64,000 nucleotides of DNA from Escherichia coli. Lineage in GTDB: Bacteria; Pseudomonadota; Gammaproteobacteria; Enterobacterales; Enterobacteriaceae. Where the stretch lies: NCBI RefSeq assembly GCF_044647545.1, contig NZ_CP172818.1; one strand, given 5' to 3'. The translations under genes and the position numbers were made by a program. This document shows positions 1 to 9,953 of this stretch, piece after piece. The notes below the pieces were generated by a model. That model worked only from the letters and a program-made list of their open reading frames with translations. It did not search any database and was not told where the DNA came from. Numbering within the stretch: position 1 is the stretch's first letter; every line of letters starts with the position of its first letter.

Positions 1-154
1 GGAGGATCATACTATGAATGCATTTTTGCGTTTTCTGGATGCAGATATCCAGAACAACCCGCAAAAAACTCGTCCATTCAACATTCAACAAGGAAAGAAA
101 CTTGTCGCTGGCATGGACGTCAACATTGATGATGAGATTGGCGACGACGAATAA
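1..154 (+). CDS. prlF: PrlF (SohA) antitoxin, 3' portion only (5' end lies outside the window)
   Basis: In-frame translation ends ...MNAFLRFLDADIQNNPQKTRPFNIQQGKKLVAGMDVNIDDEIGDDE, stop TAA at 152-154 overlapping the yhaV ATG by 1 nt; recognised as the PrlF C-terminus. Confidence 0.8.
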   Translation, partial: EDHTMNAFLRFLDADIQNNPQKTRPFNIQQGKKLVAGMDVNIDDEIGDDE

Positions 155-618
155 TGGATTTTCCACAAAGGGTTAATGGTTGGGCGCTATATGCTCATCC
201 CTGTTTTCAGGAAACCTACGACGCTTTAGTTGCCGAAGTCGAGACATTAAAGGGAAAAGATCCTGAAAATTATCAGAGAAAAGCCGCCACAAAGTTATTG
301 GCGGTAGTCCATAAAGTGATTGAGGAGCATATCACGGTCAATCCATCATCACCGGCATTCCGTCATGGCAAGTCGTTAGGCTCTGGGAAAAATAAAGACT
401 GGTCACGGGTAAAATTTGGTGCTGGTCGTTATCGTCTCTTCTTTCGTTACAGCGAAAAAGAGAAAGTCATCATTCTGGGATGGATGAACGATGAAAACAC
501 GCTGCGCACCTACGGTAAAAAAACAGATGCCTATACCGTATTCAGCAAAATGTTAAAAAGAGGACATCCTCCTGCCGACTGGGAAACCCTCACCCGAGAG
601 ACAGAAGAAACCCATTGA
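154..618 (+). CDS. yhaV: YhaV ribosome-dependent mRNA interferase toxin (PrlF-YhaV TA system)
   Basis: 154-aa ORF in track; sequence recognised as YhaV; immediately downstream of and overlapping prlF. Confidence 0.9.
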   Translation: MDFPQRVNGWALYAHPCFQETYDALVAEVETLKGKDPENYQRKAATKLLAVVHKVIEEHITVNPSSPAFRHGKSLGSGKNKDWSRVKFGAGRYRLFFRYSEKEKVIILGWMNDENTLRTYGKKTDAYTVFSKMLKRGHPPADWETLTRETEETH

Positions 619-672
619 TGGTATTCACAATGCCCGCCGAACGCATTCGTGTTGACCAGCGGGCACCCTTTC

Positions 673-1482
673 TCACTCCCCGACCAGAATCACTTCAACC
701 CCAGCCTTTCGCAGTCCTTCCAGACTATCCGCAGGAATGCCTTCATCAACAATGATCATGTCGATACGTTGAGTATCAATGATCTTATGTAAACTGGAAC
801 GGTTGAACTTACTGGAATCGGTGACCACGATGATCCGTTCCGCAACTTCGCACATCCGACGGTTTAAACGGGCTTCATCTTCATTATGCGTGCTGACGCC
901 GCGCTCCAGATCGATCGCATCTACACCAAGAAACAGCATATCGAAGTGGTAATTTTGCAGCGATTGCTCAGCCTGATCACCGTAAAAAGATTGCGACTGA
1001 CGGCGCAAATGCCCCCCGGTCATCAGCAGCTCAACGCCTTCCGCTTCCAGCAACGCATTAGCCACGTTCATACCGTTGGTCATCGCAATTACGTCGGTGT
1101 GCTTGCGCATCAGACGAGCAATCTCAAAAGTGGTGGTCCCGGAGTCGAGGATCACCCGATGACCAGGCTGAATCAACTCAACGGCAGCTTTCGCAACGCT
1201 GCGTTTCATTGCGGTGTTCAGCGCGCTTTTATCTTCCACTGATGGCTCGACTGACGGCGTCGTGCTATCGCAGATCAACGCGCCGCCATAGGCACGCACA
1301 GCGATCCCCTGCTTTTCCAGAAACGCCAGATCGTTGCGGATCGTCACAGTAGATACACCATACAACGCCGATAGATCATTAACTTGCACACTCCCTTGCT
1401 GGCGCAGGCGTTGAATGATCTGCTCTCGTCGCTCACTGGTGCCTGTCACTCGCTTCTCGCCTGAAGCGTCGGTATTACTCAT
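673..1482 (-). CDS. agaR: AgaR, DeoR-family transcriptional repressor of the aga cluster
   Basis: 269-aa ORF; N-terminal HTH plus DeoR sugar-binding domain; divergent from kbaZ. Confidence 0.92.
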
Positions 1483-1487
1483 AGTAA

Positions 1488-1700
1488 GTCCTTTCGTAAA
1501 ACTTTCGTTTCATTTCGTTTTGCCTATTAACGCCTTTCTATTAAGCAAATGCAAGCCCACCTTACCCATTGGCGCAAGCTACTCTCGTTTCAGTGGCTTT
1601 CATTATGTTTCTTTTGTGAATCAGATCAGAAAACTATTATCTTTCGTTTTATTTTTATCTCACCATGGCGCAGTATCAACTGAAACAAAACGAAAGATTA
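1488..1700. promoter_or_regulatory. agaR-kbaZ divergent promoter region with repeated TTTCRTTT/CTTTC motifs (putative AgaR operators)
   Basis: Multiple direct and inverted copies of ctttcgttt, tttcatttcgtttt, gaaacaaaacgaaag in a 250-bp AT-rich intergenic region; AgaR operators are known to be CTTTC-rich. Confidence 0.5.
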
Positions 1701-1730
1701 ATATCGCAGTAATCTGAACTGGAGAGGAAA

Positions 1731-3011
1731 GTGAAACATCTGACAGAAATGGTGAGACAGCACAAAGAGGGCAAAACAAATGGGATTTATGCCGTTTGTT
1801 CCGCACATCCGCTGGTGCTGGAAGCTGCAATCCGCTACGCCAGTGCAAACCAAACGCCGTTACTGATTGAAGCAACCTCCAATCAGGTGGACCAGTTCGG
1901 CGGTTATACCGGAATGACGCCCGCCGATTTTCGCGGCTTTGTTTGTCAGCTCGCCGACTCGTTGAATTTCCCACAGGATGCGTTGATTCTGGGTGGCGAC
2001 CATCTGGGGCCAAACCGCTGGCAAAACCTGCCTGCCGCTCAGGCAATGGCCAATGCCGATGATTTGATTAAAAGCTACGTGGCGGCAGGATTCAAAAAAA
2101 TTCACCTTGATTGCAGCATGTCCTGTCAGGACGATCCGATTCCCTTAACTGATGACATCGTGGCCGAACGCGCCGCTCGTCTGGCGAAAGTGGCGGAAGA
2201 AACCTGCCGTGAACATTTTGGCGCGGCCGATCTGGAGTATGTCATTGGTACCGAAGTACCGGTACCTGGCGGCGCGCATGAAACCTTAAGCGAGCTGGCG
2301 GTCACCACGCCGGATGCCGCCCGCGCCACACTGGAAGCCCATCGCCACGCCTTTGAAAAGCAGGGCCTGAATGCCATCTGGCCACGCATTATTGCCCTGG
2401 TGGTTCAACCCGGCGTCGAATTCGATCACACCAACGTTATTGATTATCAGCCAGCTAAAGCGACCGCATTAAGCCAGATGGTCGAAAACTACGAAACGCT
2501 GATTTTCGAAGCGCACTCTACCGATTACCAAACGCCGCAATCGTTGCGCCAGCTGGTGATTGACCACTTTGCCATTCTGAAAGTTGGCCCGGCGCTGACC
2601 TTCGCCCTGCGTGAAGCTCTGTTCTCTCTGGCGGCGATTGAAGAAGAACTGGTGCCAGCAAAAGCCTGTTCTGGTCTGCGTCAGGTGCTGGAAAACGTGA
2701 TGCTCGACCGCCCGGAATACTGGCAAAGCCACTACCACGGTGACGGCAACGCGCGTCGTCTGGCGCGTGGTTATAGCTACTCGGATCGCGTGCGCTATTA
2801 CTGGCCGGACAGCCAGATTGATGACGCTTTCGCTCATCTGGTTCGTAATCTGGCGGATTCACCAATTCCGCTACCGCTCATCAGCCAGTATTTGCCGCTG
2901 CAATACGTGAAAGTTCGCTCCGGCGAGCTGCAGCCAACACCACGGGAACTCATTATCAACCATATTCAGGACATCCTGGCGCAGTACCACACAGCCTGTG
3001 AAGGCCAATAA
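1731..3011 (+). CDS. kbaZ: KbaZ (AgaZ) tagatose-bisphosphate aldolase non-catalytic subunit
   Basis: 426-aa ORF beginning GTG at 1731; recognised sequence. Confidence 0.9.
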   Translation: MKHLTEMVRQHKEGKTNGIYAVCSAHPLVLEAAIRYASANQTPLLIEATSNQVDQFGGYTGMTPADFRGFVCQLADSLNFPQDALILGGDHLGPNRWQNLPAAQAMANADDLIKSYVAAGFKKIHLDCSMSCQDDPIPLTDDIVAERAARLAKVAEETCREHFGAADLEYVIGTEVPVPGGAHETLSELAVTTPDAARATLEAHRHAFEKQGLNAIWPRIIALVVQPGVEFDHTNVIDYQPAKATALSQMVENYETLIFEAHSTDYQTPQSLRQLVIDHFAILKVGPALTFALREALFSLAAIEEELVPAKACSGLRQVLENVMLDRPEYWQSHYHGDGNARRLARGYSYSDRVRYYWPDSQIDDAFAHLVRNLADSPIPLPLISQYLPLQYVKVRSGELQPTPRELIINHIQDILAQYHTACEGQ

Positions 3012-3033
3012 GCAAAACAAAGAGGAACACGCT

Positions 3034-3507
3034 ATGCCAAATATTGTTTTAAGCCGGATTGATGAGCGTTTGATTCACGGTCAGGTCGGCGTTCAGTGGG
3101 TCGGATTTGCGGGGGCAAATCTGGTGCTGGTAGCCAACGATGAGGTTGCCGAAGATCCGGTACAACAAAACCTGATGGAAATGGTACTGGCAGAAGGGAT
3201 CGCCGTACGTTTCTGGACGCTGCAAAAAGTCATCGACAACATTCATCGCGCCGCCGATCGACAGAAAATCCTGCTGGTTTGTAAAACACCTGCCGATTTC
3301 CTGACGCTGGTGAAAGGTGGCGTTCCGGTGAATCGCATTAACGTTGGCAATATGCACTACGCCAATGGCAAGCAACAAATCGCCAAAACGGTTTCTGTGG
3401 ATGCGGGTGATATCGCAGCATTTAACGACCTGAAAGCCGCTGGGGTGGAATGCTTCGTTCAGGGCGTCCCGACAGAGCCTGCTGTGGACCTCTTTAAATT
3501 ACTTTGA
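3034..3507 (+). CDS. agaV: AgaV, PTS N-acetylgalactosamine-specific EIIB component
   Basis: ATG at 3034 (MPNIVLSRIDERLIHGQVG...), 157 aa; the track ORF begins 12 codons upstream. Confidence 0.9.
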   Translation: MPNIVLSRIDERLIHGQVGVQWVGFAGANLVLVANDEVAEDPVQQNLMEMVLAEGIAVRFWTLQKVIDNIHRAADRQKILLVCKTPADFLTLVKGGVPVNRINVGNMHYANGKQQIAKTVSVDAGDIAAFNDLKAAGVECFVQGVPTEPAVDLFKLL

Positions 3508-3517
3508 GGGATTCATC

Positions 3518-3919
3518 ATGGAAATCAGTCTGTTGCAGGCATTCGCGTTGGGCATTATCGCCTTTATCGCTGGCCTGGATATGTTTAACGGCCTAACCCA
3601 TATGCACCGCCCGGTGGTCCTCGGCCCGTTGGTCGGGCTGGTACTTGGCGATCTGCATACCGGTATTTTAACCGGCGGTACGCTGGAACTGGTGTGGATG
3701 GGGCTGGCCCCGCTGGCGGGCGCACAGCCGCCTAACGTGATTATCGGTACTATCGTCGGCACGGCGTTTGCCATTACTACTGGCGTGAAACCCGATGTCG
3801 CGGTCGGTGTCGCCGTACCTTTCGCTGTCGCAGTACAGATGGGGATTACCTTCCTGTTCTCGGTGATGTCCGGCGTGATGTCCCGCGGCGACCTGGCAAC
3901 AAACCCGTGCCGCGTTTGA
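3518..3919 (+). pseudogene. agaW: agaW' fragment of PTS EIIC component (N-terminal part only)
   Basis: 133-aa ORF with IIC-like transmembrane N-terminus that terminates prematurely; matches the truncated agaW of K-12, where agaE/agaF are missing. Confidence 0.8.
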
Positions 3920-3938
3920 CGCTGGTGCCGACGGCCTG

Positions 3939-4442
3939 GTGCATTGCTATAACGGGATGACAGGTTTACATCACCGCGAACCGGGAATGGTTGGCGCGGG
4001 ATTAACGGACAAGCGCGCCTGGCTGGAACTGATAGCCGATGGTCATCATGTACATCCGGCGGCGATGTCGCTGTGTTGTTGCTGTGCGAAAGAGAGAATC
4101 GTGCTGATCACCGACGCGATGCAGGCAGCCGGGATGCCGGATGGTCGCTATACGTTATGTGGTGAAGAAGTGCAGATGCACGATGGCGTTGTCCGTACCG
4201 CGTCCGGTGGGCTGGCGGGCAGTACGCTGTCTGTCGATGCGGCAGTGCGCAACATGGTCGAGTTGACGGGCGTAACGCCTGCGGAAGCCATCCATATGGC
4301 ATCGCTGCATCCGGCGCGTATGCTGGGTGTTGATGGTGTTCTGGGATCGCTTAAACCGGGCAAACGCGCCAGCGTCGTTGCGCTGGATAGCGGGCTGCAT
4401 GTGCAACAAATCTGGATTCAGGGTCAATTAGCTTCGTTTTGA
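3939..4442 (+). pseudogene. agaA: agaA' fragment of N-acetylgalactosamine-6-phosphate deacetylase (C-terminal part only)
   Basis: 167-aa ORF corresponding to the C-terminal region of a NagA-like amidohydrolase; no N-terminal metal-binding region. Confidence 0.8.
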
Positions 4443-4518
4443 TGGTTTGCTCCTTTATTGGGCCTTCACTTCCCCCGTAAGGCCTTTCTTTTTCTTTCTT
4501 TTTGATCTGTGCAGCGGT

Positions 4519-4575
4519 GTCGGATGCGACGCTGACGCGTCTTCTTCGACCTACGGTACGCCGCATCCGGCAATC
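4519..4575. repeat. REP-like palindromic element
   Basis: gtcggatgcgacgctgacgcgtcttcttcgacctacggtacgccgcatccggca; reverse complement begins GCCGGATGCGGCGTA, typical of REP. Confidence 0.5.
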
Positions 4576-4599
4576 GGTGAACATAGCGACGTTATCACG

Positions 4600-4755
4600 C
4601 AATCCTTTAATCTTCCCTTGTCTTTTCTTTCAATGATCACAAATTTCGTTTTATTTCTTTTTTCTCCATTGAACTTTCAGTTTCTTTTCTATAGATTTTA
4701 ATCAACGAAAGACATCACCAAGTGAAATGAAACGAAAGGTAAGCGAAAGCGACAA
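4600..4755. promoter_or_regulatory. agaS promoter region with CTTTC/TTTCRTTT repeats (putative AgaR operators)
   Basis: Clustered motifs cttttctttc, tttcgttttatttc, tttcagtttcttttc, gaaatgaaacgaaag directly upstream of agaS. Confidence 0.5.
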
Positions 4756-4792
4756 CGCCCGACGCCAAGTTCATCAGACTAAGGATTGAGTT

Positions 4793-5947
4793 ATGCCAGA
4801 AAATTACACCCCTGCTGCCGCTGCAACCGGTACATGGACTGAAGAAGAGATCCGCCATCAGCCTCGCGCATGGATCCGTTCACTCACCAACATCGACGCG
4901 CTACGTTCCGCGCTCAATAACTTCCTTGAACCGTTACTGCGCAAAGAGAATCTGCGGGTAATCCTGACCGGAGCCGGAACCTCGGCATTTATCGGTGATA
5001 TCATCGCGCCGTGGCTCGCCAGCCATACCGGTAAAAACTTCAGCGCCGTACCGACCACCGATCTGGTCACTAATCCGATGGACTACCTGAATCCAGCTCA
5101 TCCGCTACTGTTGATCTCCTTCGGTCGATCCGGCAACAGCCCGGAAAGCGTCGCCGCCGTGGAACTGGCGAATCAGTTTGTACCGGAATGCTATCACCTG
5201 CCGATCACCTGCAACGAAGCGGGCGCTCTTTACCAAAACGCGATCAACAGCGACAACGCGTTTGCCCTGCTGATGCCCGCAGAAACGCACGATCGCGGCT
5301 TTGCGATGACCAGCAGCATTACCACCATGATGGCCAGCTGCCTCGCGGTTTTCGCACCTGAGACGATCAACAGCCAAACCTTCCGCGATGTGGCAGATCG
5401 TTGCCAGGAAATCCTGACCTCACTGGGCGATTTCAGCGAAGGTGTGTTTGGTTACGCACCGTGGAAACGGATCGTTTATCTCGGCAGCGGTGGCTTACAG
5501 GGCGCAGCACGCGAGTCGGCGCTGAAAGTACTGGAACTGACAGCGGGTAAACTGGCGGCCTTTTATGATTCCCCGACCGGATTCCGTCATGGCCCGAAAT
5601 CGCTGGTCGATAACGAAACGCTGGTGGTGGTGTTTGTCTCCAGCCACCCTTACACCCGTCAGTATGATCTTGATCTGCTGGCAGAACTCCGCCGCGATAA
5701 CCAGGCATTGCGCGTAATCGCCATCGCCGCGGAAAGCAACGACGTTATTACCGCCGGTCCACATATCATCCTGCCGCCGTCCCGTCACTTTATCGACGTT
5801 GAGCAGGCATTTTGCTTCCTGATGTACGCCCAGACGTTTGCACTGATGCAGTCGCTGCACATGGGTAATACGCCGGATACCCCATCAGCCAGTGGCACCG
5901 TTAACCGCGTGGTGCAAGGCGTAATCATTCATCCGTGGCAGGCATAA
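4793..5947 (+). CDS. agaS: AgaS, SIS-domain sugar isomerase/deaminase (putative galactosamine-6-phosphate deaminase)
   Basis: 384-aa ORF; recognised sequence. Confidence 0.92.
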   Translation: MPENYTPAAAATGTWTEEEIRHQPRAWIRSLTNIDALRSALNNFLEPLLRKENLRVILTGAGTSAFIGDIIAPWLASHTGKNFSAVPTTDLVTNPMDYLNPAHPLLLISFGRSGNSPESVAAVELANQFVPECYHLPITCNEAGALYQNAINSDNAFALLMPAETHDRGFAMTSSITTMMASCLAVFAPETINSQTFRDVADRCQEILTSLGDFSEGVFGYAPWKRIVYLGSGGLQGAARESALKVLELTAGKLAAFYDSPTGFRHGPKSLVDNETLVVVFVSSHPYTRQYDLDLLAELRRDNQALRVIAIAAESNDVITAGPHIILPPSRHFIDVEQAFCFLMYAQTFALMQSLHMGNTPDTPSASGTVNRVVQGVIIHPWQA

Positions 5948-6820
<873 letters not shown>

Positions 6821-6986
6821 TCATTAGTTTTTTATGATTTATCCCAATGTACTTCCCGATTAATATCGGGGAGTGCCTTAATGGAAAAGGAGATGACTAA
6901 ACCTTAATAAATACATAAGTACAATATCGCAACAATAATATATTTAAAAAAATTATATTATTCAACTTTATGGTGAGGATTACACA

Positions 6987-7463
6987 ATGAGCAGTCCAAA
7001 TATTCTCTTAACCCGTATTGATAACCGTCTGGTTCACGGTCAGGTTGGCGTGACCTGGACATCCACCATCGGTGCGAATCTGTTGGTAGTCGTGGATGAT
7101 GTTGTCGCTAACGATGATATTCAACAGAAATTAATGGGTATTACCGCAGAAACCTACGGCTTTGGCATTCGTTTCTTTACTATCGAAAAAACCATTAACG
7201 TCATCGGCAAAGCTGCACCGCATCAGAAGATCTTCCTGATTTGCCGTACGCCACAAACGGTACGTAAATTGGTAGAAGGTGGTATTGACCTGAAAGATGT
7301 CAACGTCGGCAATATGCATTTCTCGGAAGGGAAAAAGCAAATCAGCAGTAAAGTTTATGTCGATGACCAGGATCTCACGGACTTACATTTTATTAAACAA
7401 CGTGGCGTGAATGTTTTCATTCAGGACGTCCCTGGCGATCAAAAAGAACAAATCCCTGACTAA
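6987..7463 (+). CDS. agaB: AgaB, PTS galactosamine-specific EIIB component
   Basis: 158-aa ORF; paralogous to AgaV (RIDNRLVHGQVG motif). Confidence 0.92.
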   Translation: MSSPNILLTRIDNRLVHGQVGVTWTSTIGANLLVVVDDVVANDDIQQKLMGITAETYGFGIRFFTIEKTINVIGKAAPHQKIFLICRTPQTVRKLVEGGIDLKDVNVGNMHFSEGKKQISSKVYVDDQDLTDLHFIKQRGVNVFIQDVPGDQKEQIPD

Positions 7464-7501
7464 ATCTAAAATCGCCTTAATATTGGTTTGAGGTAATAAA
7501 A

Positions 7502-8305
7502 ATGCATGAAATAACCCTACTCCAGGGATTATCCCTGGCGGCGTTAGTTTTCTTTCTGGGGATTGATTTTTGGCTGGAAGCCTTATTTTTATTCCGCCCG
7601 ATAATCGTTTGTACCCTTACAGGTGCTATTCTCGGTGATATTCAGACTGGCTTAATTACCGGTGGCCTGACAGAGTTGGCTTTCGCCGGATTAACCCCTG
7701 CAGGTGGTGTTCAGCCGCCCAACCCTATTATGGCGGGTCTGATGACCACTGTCATTGCATGGTCTACGGGCGTTGATGCCAAAACGGCAATTGGTCTTGG
7801 CCTGCCGTTTAGTTTGTTAATGCAGTACGTCATTCTGTTCTTCTATTCCGCTTTCTCATTATTTATGACCAAAGCCGATAAATGCGCAAAAGAGGCGGAT
7901 ACGGCAGCATTTTCCCGACTTAACTGGACAACGATGCTCATCGTCGCTTCAGCGTATGCGGTGATTGCTTTCCTCTGTACTTACCTGGCACAAGGGGCGA
8001 TGCAGGCGCTGGTGAAAGCGATGCCCGCTTGGCTGACCCACGGCTTTGAAGTGGCTGGCGGTATTCTGCCTGCCGTTGGTTTTGGCTTGCTGCTGCGCGT
8101 GATGTTCAAAGCGCAATATATCCCTTACCTGATCGCCGGTTTCCTGTTCGTTTGCTACATCCAGGTCAGCAACCTGTTGCCGGTTGCCGTGCTGGGTGCA
8201 GGCTTTGCGGTGTATGAGTTTTTCAATGCGAAATCCCGGCAGCAAGCGCAACCGCAGTCCGTTGTCAGTAATAATGAAGAAGAGGACTACAGCAATGGGA
8301 TCTGA
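7502..8305 (+). CDS. agaC: AgaC, PTS galactosamine-specific EIIC component
   Basis: 267-aa hydrophobic ORF. Confidence 0.92.
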   Translation: MHEITLLQGLSLAALVFFLGIDFWLEALFLFRPIIVCTLTGAILGDIQTGLITGGLTELAFAGLTPAGGVQPPNPIMAGLMTTVIAWSTGVDAKTAIGLGLPFSLLMQYVILFFYSAFSLFMTKADKCAKEADTAAFSRLNWTTMLIVASAYAVIAFLCTYLAQGAMQALVKAMPAWLTHGFEVAGGILPAVGFGLLLRVMFKAQYIPYLIAGFLFVCYIQVSNLLPVAVLGAGFAVYEFFNAKSRQQAQPQSVVSNNEEEDYSNGI

Positions 8306-9086
8306 AATCAGTAAAAAAGATATCACCCGTCTGGGCTTTCGTTCGTCACTGCTGCAAGCGAGCTTTAACTACGAAAGGATGCAGGCGGGCGGTTTTACCT
8401 GGGCGATGTTGCCGATCCTGAAAAAGATTTATAAGGACGACAAACCGGGCCTAAGCGCGGCGATGAAAGATAACCTCGAATTTATTAATACCCACCCGAA
8501 TCTGGTCGGATTCCTGATGGGGTTATTAATTTCGATGGAAGAAAAAGGAGAAAACCGCGACACCATTAAAGGCCTCAAAGTGGCACTGTTTGGCCCAATC
8601 GCCGGGATTGGCGATGCGATTTTCTGGTTTACCTTATTGCCGATTATGGCGGGAATTTGCTCATCATTTGCCAGCCAGGGAAACTTGCTGGGGCCGATTC
8701 TATTTTTCGCCGTTTACCTGCTTATCTTCTTCCTGCGCGTCGGCTGGACCCACGTCGGTTATTCAGTCGGCGTGAAGGCTATTGATAAAGTGCGAGAGAA
8801 CTCGCAGATGATTGCTCGTTCGGCAACCATCCTCGGGATCACGGTAATCGGCGGGCTGATCGCTTCGTATGTGCATATTAACGTGGTGACATCGTTTGCC
8901 ATCGACAGTACCCACAGCGTCGCACTGCAGCAGGATTTCTTCGATAAAGTCTTCCCGAACATTTTACCGATGGCCTACACCCTGCTGATGTATTACTTCC
9001 TGCGGGTGAAAAAAGCGCATCCGGTGCTGTTAATCGGCGTGACTTTTGTGCTCTCTATTGTTTGTTCCGCATTCGGCATTTTGTAA
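8295..9086 (+). CDS. agaD: AgaD, PTS galactosamine-specific EIID component
   Basis: ATG at 8295 (MGSEISKKDITRLGF...), 263 aa, overlapping the agaC 3' end by 11 nt; the track ORF begins 37 codons upstream. Confidence 0.9.
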   Translation: MGSEISKKDITRLGFRSSLLQASFNYERMQAGGFTWAMLPILKKIYKDDKPGLSAAMKDNLEFINTHPNLVGFLMGLLISMEEKGENRDTIKGLKVALFGPIAGIGDAIFWFTLLPIMAGICSSFASQGNLLGPILFFAVYLLIFFLRVGWTHVGYSVGVKAIDKVRENSQMIARSATILGITVIGGLIASYVHINVVTSFAIDSTHSVALQQDFFDKVFPNILPMAYTLLMYYFLRVKKAHPVLLIGVTFVLSIVCSAFGIL

Positions 9087-9953
9087 ATGGAACGAGGCAC
9101 TGCGTCTGGCGGTGCCTCTTTACTTAAGGAATTTCATCCTGTGCAAACCCTTCAACAAGTTGAAAACTATACGGCGTTAAGTGAACGTGCCAGCGAATAT
9201 TTATTGGCCGTGATCCGTAGTAAACCGGATGCCGTGATTTGCCTGGCGACCGGAGCCACGCCATTACTGACGTATCATTATCTGGTAGAAAAAATCCACC
9301 AGCAGCAGGTTGATGTCAGCCAGCTCACCTTCGTGAAGCTCGACGAATGGGTGGATCTGCCATTAACAATGCCTGGCACCTGCGAAACTTTCCTACAACA
9401 GCATATCGTGCAGCCGCTGGGGCTGCGTGAAGACCAGCTCATCAGCTTTCGCTCTGAAGAGATAAATGAGACAGAGTGCGAACGGGTAACGAACCTGATT
9501 GCGCGCAAAGGCGGTCTGGATTTATGCGTTCTCGGATTGGGGAAAAACGGTCATCTTGGGCTGAACGAACCGGGAGAAAGCCTGCAACCGGCCTGCCATA
9601 TCAGTCAACTTGATGCCAGAACACAGCAACATGAGATGTTAAAAACCGCGGGCCGTCCCGTGACTCGTGGGATCACCTTAGGCCTGAAGGATATTCTCAA
9701 TACCCGCGAAGTTTTGCTACTGGTGACTGGCGAAGGAAAGCAGGATGCGACAGAACGTTTTCTCACGGCTAAAGTCTCTACCGCTATCCCGGCTTCTTGG
9801 GGCAACGCCCACACTCTCCCCCTGCTGCTCCAGTGCATACTTATACAGCGCATTTTTCTTCACGCCGTGAATTTCTGCTGCCAGCGCCGCCGCTTTTTTC
9901 AGTGGCAGTTCTGCCTGCAACAGCGCCAGCGTGCGCAGGGCATCGGCGGGTAA
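9087..9953 (+). CDS. agaI: AgaI-like galactosamine-6-phosphate isomerase/deaminase (NagB family) with altered 3' end: after about codon 238 the ORF is translation of antisense rsmI
   Basis: NagB-family ORF, ATG at 9087. Reference AgaI is recalled as 251 aa; here the frame stays open to 9953 (288 aa) and the tail ...[36 protein letters not shown]... is not NagB-like. Confidence 0.7.

Noticed and set aside
8184-8294. N-terminal extension of the agaD ORF in the track (37 extra codons overlapping agaC)
   Set aside because: The extension lies inside the agaC coding sequence; the ATG at 8295 gives the expected AgaD N-terminus (MGSEISKK...).
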